Below are positions 13,290 through 23,521 of a DNA stretch of 64,000 bases, one piece after another. The first letter of the stretch is position 1. Each line of letters opens with the position of its first letter. The notes under the pieces were generated by a model. That model was not told the origin of the DNA. It made no database searches and saw nothing but the letters and a program-made list of their open reading frames with translations. Location of the stretch: assembly GCA_046331705.1 (NCBI GenBank), contig JAXLQJ010000001.1, positions 310,001 through 374,000 of the forward strand, in the 5' to 3' direction. This DNA comes from a bacterium (GTDB lineage Bacteria > JADJOY01). The translations under genes were made by a program, and so were the position numbers.

Positions 13290-14828
13290 ATGAAAATACC
13301 TAAGCTCGTCACGTTGTCATTGCTCTTGATCCCGTGGACGTACGCCGAGCGCGCGATCGCGAATCCGAGCTGTTCGGTAACGGGCCTCACCTGTACCACC
13401 ATCCCGGGCAACGGACGTTCGCTCGTCCAATGCCTCCCTTCCGGCTTGGGCGGCTCGACCCCGCGCGCCCTGGTGATCGGGCTCCACGGCGGCGGCTCCA
13501 ACCCGGATCAGCTCGTGGACGCGGCTGGCGCCTGTCGAATGAACCAGCTCGCCAAGAACAACAACTTCGTGGCGGTCTACCCGCAAGGCACCGTGTCCGA
13601 CGGTTGTGTGGATGCGAACGCCCAAGACAAGCAGTACTTCTGGAAGGATTGTCGCAACGACAACACCTACACCCACCCCGCCGCTGGGGTCGACGACGTG
13701 GCGTTCATCCGCGACATCGTCGACGCCTACGTCGGGTACGTCGGCAACGACTACAAGATCGACCCCAACAAGGTCTACGTGTGGGGCGAGTCGAATGGAG
13801 GCTTGATGGCGTACCGTGTCGGTCGGCAGCTCTCCGATCGAGTCGCCGCCATCGCCGCCGTCATCGCGAACGAGCCGTCGAACAGTTCCTGCAACTCGAA
13901 TCCGCTTCCCATCAGCCCCACACCTACGCTGATCATGAACTCGGACGAGGATCCGCTGATGCCGAACATTGGCGGCGAGATCACCGGCCTCCCGCTGGAG
14001 ACCGATCCTCCCAACACCTGCACCGGGGGCGACACACACGGCAGCGTCGAGTCGATCGACGACACCACCCAAGCGTGGCTGACGAACAACGGCTGCAATG
14101 GCACGTACACATGGAACTCACTGTCCGATGTGTACACGAACGACGGCCCCGGTGATCCTATCCGAACGAATTCCCACGTCGAGAAATACACGTTCACCGC
14201 CGGCTGCACGGAGTCCGCGCGCGTCGAGGTGTATGCCGTCATCAAGGGTGGCCACCGCATTCCCGAAGTACACAACCCCGTGCCGGGACCCACGTGCTCG
14301 AACGACGATGATCCGCCCGCATTTCCGTTCGGCTGCCAGAATGCCGACATCACCGCTGCCGACACGATCTGGAGCTTCTTCAGCGGCAAGACGCTGGGCA
14401 GCACGGTCCACGTCCCGATGAGCGTGAACGCCGGCGTGGGCACGCTCGCCGGCGGCGTGACCGCCACCTACAACGACGACAACTCGTACGTGACGGCGAG
14501 CAACGCCGTGAGCCCCTCGGCCGGATTCTCCTACTACGTCGGGCCTCGCGCACTCACCTCGCTGAACGTCTTGGTGCGATCGAAGGACGCGAAGAGCACG
14601 GGTACGACACGCAAGATCTACCTCTTCAACTACGCGACACAGCAATGGGTGCAGCAGGCCTCGAGCGCCGTCGGCACTTCCGAGTCCGAGACCACGTTCA
14701 CGATCACCACGAACCTGAACAACTATCGGGAGTCAGCCGGCTACGTCGACGTCGCCGTGGAGCACGCGCGAAGCTCCCAGACCACCACGATGTCGGTCGA
14801 TCGGGTGCTGCTCGGCGTGAACCAGTGA
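13290..14828 (+). CDS. Secreted alpha/beta-hydrolase (PHB depolymerase/LpqC-like esterase) with C-terminal beta-rich domain
   Basis: Signal peptide; LHGGG, VYPQG, DDVAFI, nucleophile elbow GESNGG, DPLMP and GGHRIP; Cys-rich. Confidence 0.85.
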   Translation: MKIPKLVTLSLLLIPWTYAERAIANPSCSVTGLTCTTIPGNGRSLVQCLPSGLGGSTPRALVIGLHGGGSNPDQLVDAAGACRMNQLAKNNNFVAVYPQGTVSDGCVDANAQDKQYFWKDCRNDNTYTHPAAGVDDVAFIRDIVDAYVGYVGNDYKIDPNKVYVWGESNGGLMAYRVGRQLSDRVAAIAAVIANEPSNSSCNSNPLPISPTPTLIMNSDEDPLMPNIGGEITGLPLETDPPNTCTGGDTHGSVESIDDTTQAWLTNNGCNGTYTWNSLSDVYTNDGPGDPIRTNSHVEKYTFTAGCTESARVEVYAVIKGGHRIPEVHNPVPGPTCSNDDDPPAFPFGCQNADITAADTIWSFFSGKTLGSTVHVPMSVNAGVGTLAGGVTATYNDDNSYVTASNAVSPSAGFSYYVGPRALTSLNVLVRSKDAKSTGTTRKIYLFNYATQQWVQQASSAVGTSESETTFTITTNLNNYRESAGYVDVAVEHARSSQTTTMSVDRVLLGVNQ

Positions 14829-14853
14829 TCCCGCGCGCCCGCGTCCTGCCGCT

Positions 14854-16032
14854 TCACGCGGCTGGCGCGGGGCGTGGATCACCGCTCGTCGCCATGCCCG
14901 CGTGCGCCGCGCGCCACGACGTTTCCCAGCGTCGGATCATCGCGCGCCCGGGCATCTCGATGAACCGGTAACAGAGATACGACGCGGCGAGCAGCAGCGC
15001 ACCGTACGCGATCGTGTTCCACGGGCTCGGAACCTTCGTGTAGATGGGTGTCACGAGGTTCAACAACGGCACGTGCAGGACGTAGACGGAATAGCTGATG
15101 GTGCCGAGAAAGACGGGAACGCGCATCGCCAGCAGGCGTGCGAGCCAGCCCGAACGATAGAGGCAGAGCGTCACCAACGCCGGGAAGAAGAAGAGCACCG
15201 ATACGTGGTCGACGCCCACGTAGAACGGCTGGATGCGCCGCGTGAGCCCGACCAGGGCACCCGCGACGATGGCGATCTCGAGCGAGTGCAGCACCCCGGG
15301 CCGAAGCTTCGGTAGCAGCCGATGCTGCCCGAAGATCACGACTCCGAGACTGAACCCGACCAGCCCACGCGCCAAGCCGGCGTTCAAGAACCCGTAGTTC
15401 CCTTCCCAGAGGTCGAGATCGAGGGTCTTGCTCGAGAGCTGCATCAGCGACGCGGTGCAGAGATAGACCACGCCGAGCAGGATGGCTGGCGGCCCGCCGC
15501 GGAAGCGCTTCACGAGCACGAAGAAGAGCAGGTTGACGATCCACTCGACGGACACCGACCACGCCGGGAAGTTCCACGCGGCGGTGCGCAACCCCGCGTT
15601 GTGCAGCAACGTGAGCTGGAGAAACGTGCTCAGGATCGGGGCGTCGCGGCGAAACCGGGGAGCCTCGCCGAGGTGCCTGAGCCCCACCGCCTCCATAAGG
15701 ATCACGGCGACGAACGCGACCAGGTACGCGGGGTAGAGCCTCGCCAGGCGTCGCACCGCGTAGCTCCCGAAGCCGATGCGCCCCTCGACGATGCTCGCCT
15801 GGTACTGGCGCGCGATCACGAACCCCGAGAGGATGAAGAAGAGATCGACCAGCAGGTGCCCTCCGCCGAGGACTCGGACGGGTACGTAGAGCATCTGCTC
15901 GAGGTGATAGAAGACGACGCTCGCGGCGGCGAGGCCGCGCAAGCCGTCGAACGGCAAGAGGCGCTCGTCGCTGGTGATCAGATGCGCATCGGCGCGCGCA
16001 TCGGTCGGGTCCACTCGAGTCGTCGCCGTCAT
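14854..16032 (-). CDS. Acyltransferase family 3 (OafA-like membrane O-acyltransferase)
   Basis: FDGLRG, VDLFFILSGF, RRLARLYP, WSVSVEW, GTISYSVYVLH. ATG 16032 overlaps the upstream stop. Confidence 0.9.
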   Translation of the reverse strand: MTATTRVDPTDARADAHLITSDERLLPFDGLRGLAAASVVFYHLEQMLYVPVRVLGGGHLLVDLFFILSGFVIARQYQASIVEGRIGFGSYAVRRLARLYPAYLVAFVAVILMEAVGLRHLGEAPRFRRDAPILSTFLQLTLLHNAGLRTAAWNFPAWSVSVEWIVNLLFFVLVKRFRGGPPAILLGVVYLCTASLMQLSSKTLDLDLWEGNYGFLNAGLARGLVGFSLGVVIFGQHRLLPKLRPGVLHSLEIAIVAGALVGLTRRIQPFYVGVDHVSVLFFFPALVTLCLYRSGWLARLLAMRVPVFLGTISYSVYVLHVPLLNLVTPIYTKVPSPWNTIAYGALLLAASYLCYRFIEMPGRAMIRRWETSWRAAHAGMATSGDPRPAPAA

Positions 16033-17420
16033 GGGACAGCGCCCGCCGCGTCGCGCTCGAGGGCGGAGGGTCCGACCTCGGGGGGCGCCAGGGCGTCGGG
16101 CCGGTGCCGCATCCAGAGGAGCAACGCGAAGACACCGATGGCGCCGAACAACATGTACGACTGCAACACGTTCCAATACGACGGCGCGAGCAGGTTGAAG
16201 ATCGGCAACGAGTTGCCGGTGAGCGCCGCGCAGACGAGCACGCCGGCGCGGGCGCGACGGCATCGCGCGAACGCCGGATCGCAGGCGAGAGTCAGCCACA
16301 AGAACAACAAGATCGGCAGCAAGATGCCGTAGTGGTGCATCCACGCGATCGGCGAGGCCATGGTCACCCCGAGCGCCATCACGCTGAAGTCGGCGAGCGT
16401 CGCCGTCACCGTCCGGCTCCGTCGCGGCAGGAAGCTGAGCACCAGCAGGAGGGCGCTCGAGGCGACCGTCACCGCGTAGACGCGCGGATCATGGGGCGGG
16501 AGATGGTTCTCGCGCCAGAACATGTTGTTGAACTCCTGCGGCTGCGCGACGCTCAGCAGTCGGTTGGCGAGGCCATTCACCGACTGATTCGGGAAGAACG
16601 ACTCGCCGCGCTGTGAGAGGAACTGAAGACCCTTGAGGAAGTCGAACCAATTCTCCATTCCGAACTTCGCGGTCCCGGCGAGGAAGCCCACCGCCAGCGC
16701 CGCCGCCATCGCCACCACCAGCCGCTTGTCGCGGCGCAGGACGCCCCAGAGGAGAAAGAGCCCGCACTGGGGCTTGATGCACGTCATCACGCCCAGCACG
16801 ACGCCGGCGAGCGCGCGTCGTTCGGTCGCGTAGAGATAGAAGGTCACCGCGAACAACGCGTTGAGCCAGACCTGGATCTGCCCGAGCGATGCGGCGATGG
16901 GCAGCGGCGCGAACGTCAGCACCGCCGTCGTGCTCACCAGAAGCGCGACCGCCGCGTCGCGCGCCGACGGTGGCCCGCGCAGCTGCGGGCGCAGGAGATG
17001 AAGCAGGAGCGCGCCGATCGCCGCGACGTTGACCAGCAAGAAGACGTCGATCGAGCGGTCGTAGACCGTCTTCTCGTCGAGCCGCAGACGATCGATCGCC
17101 ATGGGGATGAAGAGCGCCGTCGGCGGATAGTGGAAGCGCACTTGCTTGCGAAGCAGCAGATTGGTGTAGATCTGCGTCGCGCCCGGCTTGTCGCCCGGCT
17201 GCTCGGCGAGTCGGCGATGGCGCCGATAGTAGATGAACGCGGCCCTCATCTGCTGCCACGAATCGACTCGATACGTCTGCAGCAGCACGTCGCGCGAGAA
17301 GTCGAACGTGGTCATCTTCCGATCGGCGCCGACACGCGCGCCGATGCACGCCGCGAGAAGCCCGACCGCGATCGAGACCCCGATCAGAACCATCGGGAAG
17401 CGGACGATCGGATTCTTCAT
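16029..17420 (-). CDS. GT87-family (DUF2029/PimE-like) membrane glycosyltransferase
   Basis: FHYPPTALF, LGQI, IKPQ, NQSVNG, SPIAWMHH; many TM segments. Confidence 0.8.
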   Translation of the reverse strand: MKNPIVRFPMVLIGVSIAVGLLAACIGARVGADRKMTTFDFSRDVLLQTYRVDSWQQMRAAFIYYRRHRRLAEQPGDKPGATQIYTNLLLRKQVRFHYPPTALFIPMAIDRLRLDEKTVYDRSIDVFLLVNVAAIGALLLHLLRPQLRGPPSARDAAVALLVSTTAVLTFAPLPIAASLGQIQVWLNALFAVTFYLYATERRALAGVVLGVMTCIKPQCGLFLLWGVLRRDKRLVVAMAAALAVGFLAGTAKFGMENWFDFLKGLQFLSQRGESFFPNQSVNGLANRLLSVAQPQEFNNMFWRENHLPPHDPRVYAVTVASSALLLVLSFLPRRSRTVTATLADFSVMALGVTMASPIAWMHHYGILLPILLFLWLTLACDPAFARCRRARAGVLVCAALTGNSLPIFNLLAPSYWNVLQSYMLFGAIGVFALLLWMRHRPDALAPPEVGPSALERDAAGAVP

Positions 17421-17697
17421 GAGCACGTCATGGGTGAGCGACGGGAAGCAGACGCGGTCGGCTTCGCCCTCGCGAAGCGGGTCTCGAAAGCGCAGGAGGT
17501 TCGACCAGGGAAACGATCGTGTCTAGGGCACGGCCCGTGGCGGCGCGCACCGATTCCTCGCGCGCTCACGAGCTCGGTGTCGACGCGTGTCGCCCCGTCC
17601 GTGACAGACTCGTGAGCCGGCGCGGCGCGCGGCGCGCGGCGGGCGGCGGGCCGGGCCGGGCGCGCATCGATCGTGGGCAAGAACGAGGACCTCCGAC

Positions 17698-18432
17698 GTG
17701 ACCGCACCCACGGGAATCTCGCTGGTGGCGCCGCTCTATCGCGATGCGAGCACCGTCGACGGATTGGTGGCGGATGCCGTGGCGTCGCTGACGCCGCTCG
17801 GCATCCCGTTCGAGATCGTGCTCGTCGATGATGCCTCCCCCGACGATGCCGGCGAACGCGCGCGGGCCGTCGCCGCGCGCGTGCCCAACGTGCAGGTGCT
17901 CGCCTTCGAGACCAACCAGGGGCTCGGCGCCGCGCTCTCGGCCGGGATCCTGGCGGCCCGTCATTCGCACGTTCTCTACACGGATGGCGATCACGAGTTC
18001 GAGCTCGCGCCCGTCGCCGCGTTCGTGCGTGCCCTCGACACCGCGGACGTGGTGACCGGTATCCGCACGCCGTCGCAGCGCCCCGCGACACGCCGCTGCT
18101 TCACGCTGCTGTGGGCGGCCACCATGCGGCTGCTGTTCCGGCTCTCGGTCCAGGACGTGAATTGCTCGTTCAAGCTCTTCCCACGCTCGATCCTCGGCGG
18201 CCACCCGCTGTCCGCGCGGCACGGCTTCTGCGACGCCGAGATCCTGCTGCTCGCTCGCGATCGCGGGCTCACCGTGGTCGAGATTCCCGTGGTGCGACGA
18301 CCGGCCACGGGGCGACCGTCGAACTTCCTGCGGGCGCGATTGATCGCCGCCACGCTCGGGGAGGCGTTGCGCGCCAAGCGCGGCGGGCTCGGCGGGTCTC
18401 GCCGGCCGAGCCCGAGGCAGTCAGCGGCGTGA
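17698..18432 (+). CDS. GT2 glycosyltransferase (polyprenol-phosphate glycosyltransferase-like)
   Basis: VDDASPD, NQGLGAA, YTDGDHE, DVNCSFKLF, DAEILL. Confidence 0.88.
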   Translation: MTAPTGISLVAPLYRDASTVDGLVADAVASLTPLGIPFEIVLVDDASPDDAGERARAVAARVPNVQVLAFETNQGLGAALSAGILAARHSHVLYTDGDHEFELAPVAAFVRALDTADVVTGIRTPSQRPATRRCFTLLWAATMRLLFRLSVQDVNCSFKLFPRSILGGHPLSARHGFCDAEILLLARDRGLTVVEIPVVRRPATGRPSNFLRARLIAATLGEALRAKRGGLGGSRRPSPRQSAA

Positions 18433-18840
18433 CCCACGCGAACGGATCCCAGGACACGAGGTGAACCGCCGCGCGCGCGGCGGACCGAGGCGCGGTGGGA
18501 AGCGCCTGCCTCACCGCTGGGCCGGCGCGGCGTCGCCACTCTCCGTGTTTCCGTCGGCGGCGCCGCGGGCGGCATCGACGGGCGCCGTGTCCGCAGACGC
18601 GGGACGCCACGCCCAGCGCATGGCCTTCCAGGCGTGGTCGCCCCACGGTAGCGGCGCGCCCAGCCAGGATGGGCCGTCCAACAGGTCTGGACGTGAAGCG
18701 CCAGCGTTTGGCCTTGCCGAACTGCATGCGAAGGCACGGACCGGTCAGGTTCCGCAACGCTCGTCGCGGCGATTGCACGTCTTGACCGCGTTGGGCCAGG
18801 GGCGCGAAAGGATCGCCCAGCGATGTCCGAGCACGCGTAC

Positions 18841-20411
18841 TCACCCTTGGGTGACGACATCGGCCCAGCCGAGCGAGCGGCGTTCGACAGGCTCGGATCC
18901 GAGTCGGTCGCCGCGACGTCCACGATCAGCCCGCCTCCCGCGAGGTCGTCGGGCCGCACCTCGATGGACCAGGCACCCGGGCAGGTCCTCGACCGCGCGC
19001 ACCTCGAGCGGCACCGCGTCGAGCGCTCGAGCACGAGCTCGAGCGGGAGATCGGGAAGCCGAAACGCGTCCCCAGCGCCACCGGCTCCGCGCGAGCTCCA
19101 CCGCGAACGGAGTCACGTCCACCGGTCGCCCCCACTCGGCGATCGCCGCCGTCGCGCGGGCAAAGGCCCGGAAGTTGTTGGCCGCGAGCAGCACCGTCGC
19201 CACGGCGGCGAGCGCCACCGCAGGCGGCGCCTTCGCCGCTCCACCACCGTCGCGGCGAACGCGACCAGCAGCGGCTGGAAGTGCAGCGCGTAGAGAAACG
19301 TCTCGCGACCGACCACCAGATGCAGGGCGAGCTGAACGGCGATGCCGCTCGCGAAGATCCAGCTCGTCGTCGTCCGCGGCCCGCGCGCGAATCGCACGCT
19401 CGCCCACGCCAGCAACCCGAGCCACGCGATCGGCCGCCGCCAGGTGGAGCGGATCGCGCCAATCGACCGGCGCGTCTGGACGCTGAGCACCCGCAGCGGC
19501 GACGGAACGAGGGTGAGGATCCGGCGCCATGCCCTCGATCACCGGCTCGGGCATCACCGACGAGTGCAGGAAGAACGAGCGCAGGACGCGCCCCAAGTGC
19601 GCAACGCTCGGGGAGGCACCAGGTCGCCGGTGAAGACGTTGTCCGGCTGCGAGATCGAGGTCGCGCCGAGCCCCAACATCTGCAATGGCGCGAGCACCGA
19701 ACGCGGGAAGATCCACACCTGCGCCGCCACGCCCGCCGCCAGCGCCACCGCCGCCACGGCCGCGATCCGCACCAGCGACACGGACTTGCGCCGCCACCAC
19801 AGCGCCGCGGCGATCGGGAGCACGTTGGTGACGGTGATCGCCGTCGCCAGCGCGGACACGAGCCCGACCACGAGCGTGCTGCGACGATCGCGCTCCGCGC
19901 GGGCCACCGCCAGCAACCCCGCCACGATGCTCAGCGCGCCGAACGGAAAGGTCTCGGGAATGCCGGCGAAGAACACGAACGCAGCGCTCGAGATCGTGAG
20001 CGCGGTGAAGACGAGCGCTTCGCCTCGGCGGCAGCCTTGCACGCGAAAGAACGCCGCGCACACGACCGCCAGCGCCGCGCTCACCAGCGCCAGCTCGAGC
20101 TGCACCACGGCGAAGCCGCGCGTTCCCATCAGCGCGGACAGAACCGCGTACGGCAAGTGCCCCACCAGCCCGAAGAGCGGGTGATACGAGCCGCGGCTGA
20201 GCACGCTGCTGCGCTGCGAGATGTCCTCGTAGACACGCGTCGTGTCGGTGTCGAACCAGGCGTCCCAGCCCACCGGCAGGTAGATGAGCGGCCCGACGTG
20301 CCGCGCGAGCGCCAGCGCCACCGCGAAGGCGGTGGCGGCCACGCCCGCGAGCCAGAGCACGTCGAGCGCTCGCGCCCGCCGGAGCGCGGGATCGGCAGGC
20401 GATTCGCTCAT
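18841..20411 (-). pseudogene. Multi-pass membrane protein (GT-C-like) broken by several frameshifts; 3' end uncertain
   Basis: ATG 20411 overlaps the upstream stop. Coherent protein (WFDTD..R, HPLF, IPETFPFG, HLVVGRETFLYALH, LLAANN) passes through three ORF-track frames with shifts near 19600, 19500 and 19230. May be sequencing error. Confidence 0.6.
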
Positions 20412-22675
20412 CTCGGTTCCAAGAGCCACAGCTCGTGCACCGACCAGCCGCAGCACGGCGCCTCGCCCACCGACTCGATCCGGATCTCGTGCGCCACGCG
20501 CGGCTCCCAGTCGATGCGGATCGTCGGCCGGGCGGGCGAGGCGATCAACGACCGACCGAGCGCAGCCACCACGCCACCTCGGTAGACCACCTCGTCGCTC
20601 CCGCCGGGTCCCACCGATCGAATGCGCAGCTCGCGAGGATACTCGCCCACGGAGCGTGGCTCGAGATCGAGCTCGAGTCCCGCCACGGAGCGCGGCTCGC
20701 GAAGCCGCACGTCGAGCCAATCCTGGCCGCTTTGCGGCGGCGGCGTGAGCCAGCGGCTGCCGCGGTCGCCGTCGGTGAGGAAGCCGAGCCGTGCGGCGGC
20801 TCGCGACACCTCGACGGTGAACGCGTCGCGGGGGATCGCGGCGCGCGCGTCGGGCGGTGTCTCGGGCGACCACGCCTTCAGCGTGAACACGCTGGCGCCG
20901 CCGATCCGCTCTTCGCGCTCCACCTCGCTGGTGGCGGCGCGGATGGCCGTGAGCGCGCGTGAAGGCTTCGCGGGAGTCTCCCGGTAGGGCGGCTGATTGC
21001 GCGCCACCACGTAACGCACGCCGATCGAGCGCATCAGCCGCAACCACTCGCTGGTGAGCGCCGGCTCGCGCAAAGGCGAGCCTTGCCCGCCGAGAAATCG
21101 CGCCAGCGGCGAGCCGTAGCCGCTGTAGCCGTTCACGATCGGGTGCCGATGGGCGAGCGCCGCCCACTGGTACGCCAGGTCGACGAGCACCGTGCGCGAG
21201 GTGGTGTCGCTGAACGGCAGCTGGAGCACCGCGCCTTCGGGGGCCCGCGCCAGCCATTCGTTGATCGGATCGTCGCGTCGCTTCTCGATCAGCGACAGGC
21301 CCTCCGTGGGGATCGCGCCGGGATAGCCCTCGAGCACCAGTGCTGCGCCGAGCACCACCAGCAGCACGGGCCGCCATCTCCGCGGCGCGCGCGCGTTCAG
21401 CCATCCGCCTCCGATCCCCGCGAGCACCGCGAGGCCGAGCACCGTCACCCCGTTGAGCCGCGCGGGCACCCGCAGCCCATCGAGCCCAGGGATCACGCGC
21501 AGCAGCCACGCGTAGGGTGCCGTGGGCAAGAACGGATGGCCCCAGGCCGTCGGCTGCACGCCGAACGAGAGCACGAACGCGCACACGGTGACGAGCGTGT
21601 AGAGCCCGGTCGCGAGCGTCCGCGCCGGCGCCGCGTGCGTCTCGCCCTCGCCCCCGGGGGCGCGTCGCCACGTCGCCCATGCCACGACCGCCAGCAGCAG
21701 CGTGACCAGTCCGGGAAAGAGCTCGCCCTCCGCCTTCGCGAACCCGGGGAACCAGAGCGCGCTCACGATCCCGTCGGCGGCGTGCAGGAACCCGCCCAGA
21801 TCCGCGCCGAAGCCGCGGATCTCGTCGGTGCCGCGCACCAGGCCCTGCGTGAGGCGCACGCGGTAGTAGAGCCAGAGCACCGGCGCGAGCAGCGCCACGA
21901 TCGCCGCCGCCGCGCTCGCCAGCTCCGCGAGCCGCCGCACGGTGCGCTCGCGCCGGAGCGCGTGGCCGATCGCCACCACCGCCACCGGCAGCGCCAGGAA
22001 ATAGAGCATGTAGCCGTTGGAGAGCACCTGCATCGCGTAGGCGAGCACGAACGCGGTCAGCGCGCGCCGCGAACCGGTGGACGCGTAGCGATGCAGCGCC
22101 GCGAGACAGAGCGGCATCCACCCCGTCATCAGCATCTGCAGATGGACCATCTGCGCCGCTCGATAGGGGCCGAACGCGAAGGCCAGCGCTCCCAGCCACG
22201 CACCGGCGCGCTCGACGGCCAGCTCGCGCATCAGCACGTACACCCCGAGCCCCGCCAGCACGTACGAGCCCAGGAACGCCACGTCGTAGACGAGCACGGC
22301 GTCGTGCGTGAGCCAGTAGAGCGGTGCCACGAACGGCGCGATGCCGAGCAGGTTCTCCGAGTAGGCGAGCGTGAGCGGATAGGGATGGAAGATCGGCGGG
22401 CTCCAGAGCCCCGCACCTGCGTGGGCGAGCCGATCGCTCACCCAGCTCAGGATCCACGCGTTCAGCACCGGATCGCCGAGATCGCCCGGAATGCGGCTCG
22501 CCAGGTTGGCGACCACCGGGTACGTGAGCACCAGCGCGAGAACCGCGAGGATCGCGCCCACGAGCAGAAGCTCGCCGCGCGCTCGCCCGTGCGGCGCATG
22601 CGCATGCGGCGCGAGCGCCGGCCACGGGGACGCGGAGCCGGCCGTGTCCTCAGCCACGACGGCTGGATCGCCCAC
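20408..22675 (-). CDS. Polytopic membrane protein, probable GT-C glycosyltransferase (YfhO-like), with C-terminal discoidin/F5-8-like domain
   Basis: GDLGDPVLNAWIL, FHPYPLTLAYSE, GLRVPARL, IVNGYSG; C-terminal LTDGDRGSRW...WSVHEL. Confidence 0.7.
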   Translation of the reverse strand: MGDPAVVAEDTAGSASPWPALAPHAHAPHGRARGELLLVGAILAVLALVLTYPVVANLASRIPGDLGDPVLNAWILSWVSDRLAHAGAGLWSPPIFHPYPLTLAYSENLLGIAPFVAPLYWLTHDAVLVYDVAFLGSYVLAGLGVYVLMRELAVERAGAWLGALAFAFGPYRAAQMVHLQMLMTGWMPLCLAALHRYASTGSRRALTAFVLAYAMQVLSNGYMLYFLALPVAVVAIGHALRRERTVRRLAELASAAAAIVALLAPVLWLYYRVRLTQGLVRGTDEIRGFGADLGGFLHAADGIVSALWFPGFAKAEGELFPGLVTLLLAVVAWATWRRAPGGEGETHAAPARTLATGLYTLVTVCAFVLSFGVQPTAWGHPFLPTAPYAWLLRVIPGLDGLRVPARLNGVTVLGLAVLAGIGGGWLNARAPRRWRPVLLVVLGAALVLEGYPGAIPTEGLSLIEKRRDDPINEWLARAPEGAVLQLPFSDTTSRTVLVDLAYQWAALAHRHPIVNGYSGYGSPLARFLGGQGSPLREPALTSEWLRLMRSIGVRYVVARNQPPYRETPAKPSRALTAIRAATSEVEREERIGGASVFTLKAWSPETPPDARAAIPRDAFTVEVSRAAARLGFLTDGDRGSRWLTPPPQSGQDWLDVRLREPRSVAGLELDLEPRSVGEYPRELRIRSVGPGGSDEVVYRGGVVAALGRSLIASPARPTIRIDWEPRVAHEIRIESVGEAPCCGWSVHELWLLEPR

Positions 22676-22719
22676 GCCGGACCTCCGCGCATCTCCGCCC
22701 GGCGGGAAGCCGAGCGTCC

Positions 22720-23337
22720 TCAGGAGCTCTTGTGCACGCCGTCGGTGCGAGGCTCGCCTGCGCTGCGGGCCACGATGCGCGCCTTACCGTCCTTGATGAC
22801 CACCTTGAAATCCGGCCGCTCGGCGGCGCCCGACGAGCCGAGCTTGGAGGCGTGCTTGGAGAGCATCTCGCCGAGCCGCTCACGCGTGATGCCCTCGGTG
22901 GGCTCGTTGCACTTTTGCTTGGCCATCACGTAGGCGCGGAACACGCGCTCCACGACGTCGGCGTCGATGGGCCGCTCGGCCGCAGCGGGAGACACCTCGG
23001 ACCGGGCGGGCTGCTGGCCGCGGTCGCGCTCCTTGAGCTCGACCCGGAAACGATCGCGCTGGTAGGTGCCGTCCTCGATCTCACGCAACACGCGACTCCA
23101 GTACTGCTGCAGGGTCACGAACTTGCCCTTCACCTGCGCGATCTGGAACCGCACCTGGGTGTTGGGGCTCGGCGCACCCAGGATCGAGTCGAGCTCGAGC
23201 TGGAAGCGGCGGCGATCACCCTGTGGCTCGAGCTTGTCGATCCCCAGGAAGTAGCGATCGTACGCCTTGCGCAGCTCTTCGAGCCGATGCGCGAGCGCCG
23301 TCGCTTCCGCCGCGGTGACGTTCTCTTTGCGTGCCAC
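22720..23337 (-). CDS. Conserved hypothetical protein (MXAN_5187 C-terminal-domain-like)
   Basis: YDRYFLGIDKLEP, NTQVRF, YWSRVLREIEDGTY and C-terminal DFKVVIKDGKA, a pattern recognised from myxobacterial proteins. Start GTG 23337 inferred. Confidence 0.7.
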   Translation of the reverse strand: MARKENVTAAEATALAHRLEELRKAYDRYFLGIDKLEPQGDRRRFQLELDSILGAPSPNTQVRFQIAQVKGKFVTLQQYWSRVLREIEDGTYQRDRFRVELKERDRGQQPARSEVSPAAAERPIDADVVERVFRAYVMAKQKCNEPTEGITRERLGEMLSKHASKLGSSGAAERPDFKVVIKDGKARIVARSAGEPRTDGVHKSS

Positions 23338-23521
23338 GTAGCGCCGCCTGTCGCGTGCGCGCAGGGTAGGCCCCGGCCAGCGGCCTTGTAAAGCCGGTTG
23401 CTTCGGTTGCTTCGTCTCGCCGGCGTGCGATAACTCGACCGCGAGCCCGCGGGCTCGACGCGCGGCATCGAGCCCGAGGCTGCTGCCGCCGCCGCGGCAT
23501 CGTCGACCGAACGCCACTTCC

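Noticed and set aside
18433-18840. Possible gene or RNA between the convergent GT2 and frameshifted membrane gene
   Set aside because: No consistent frame or structure; may be the corrupted 3' end of the minus-strand gene.
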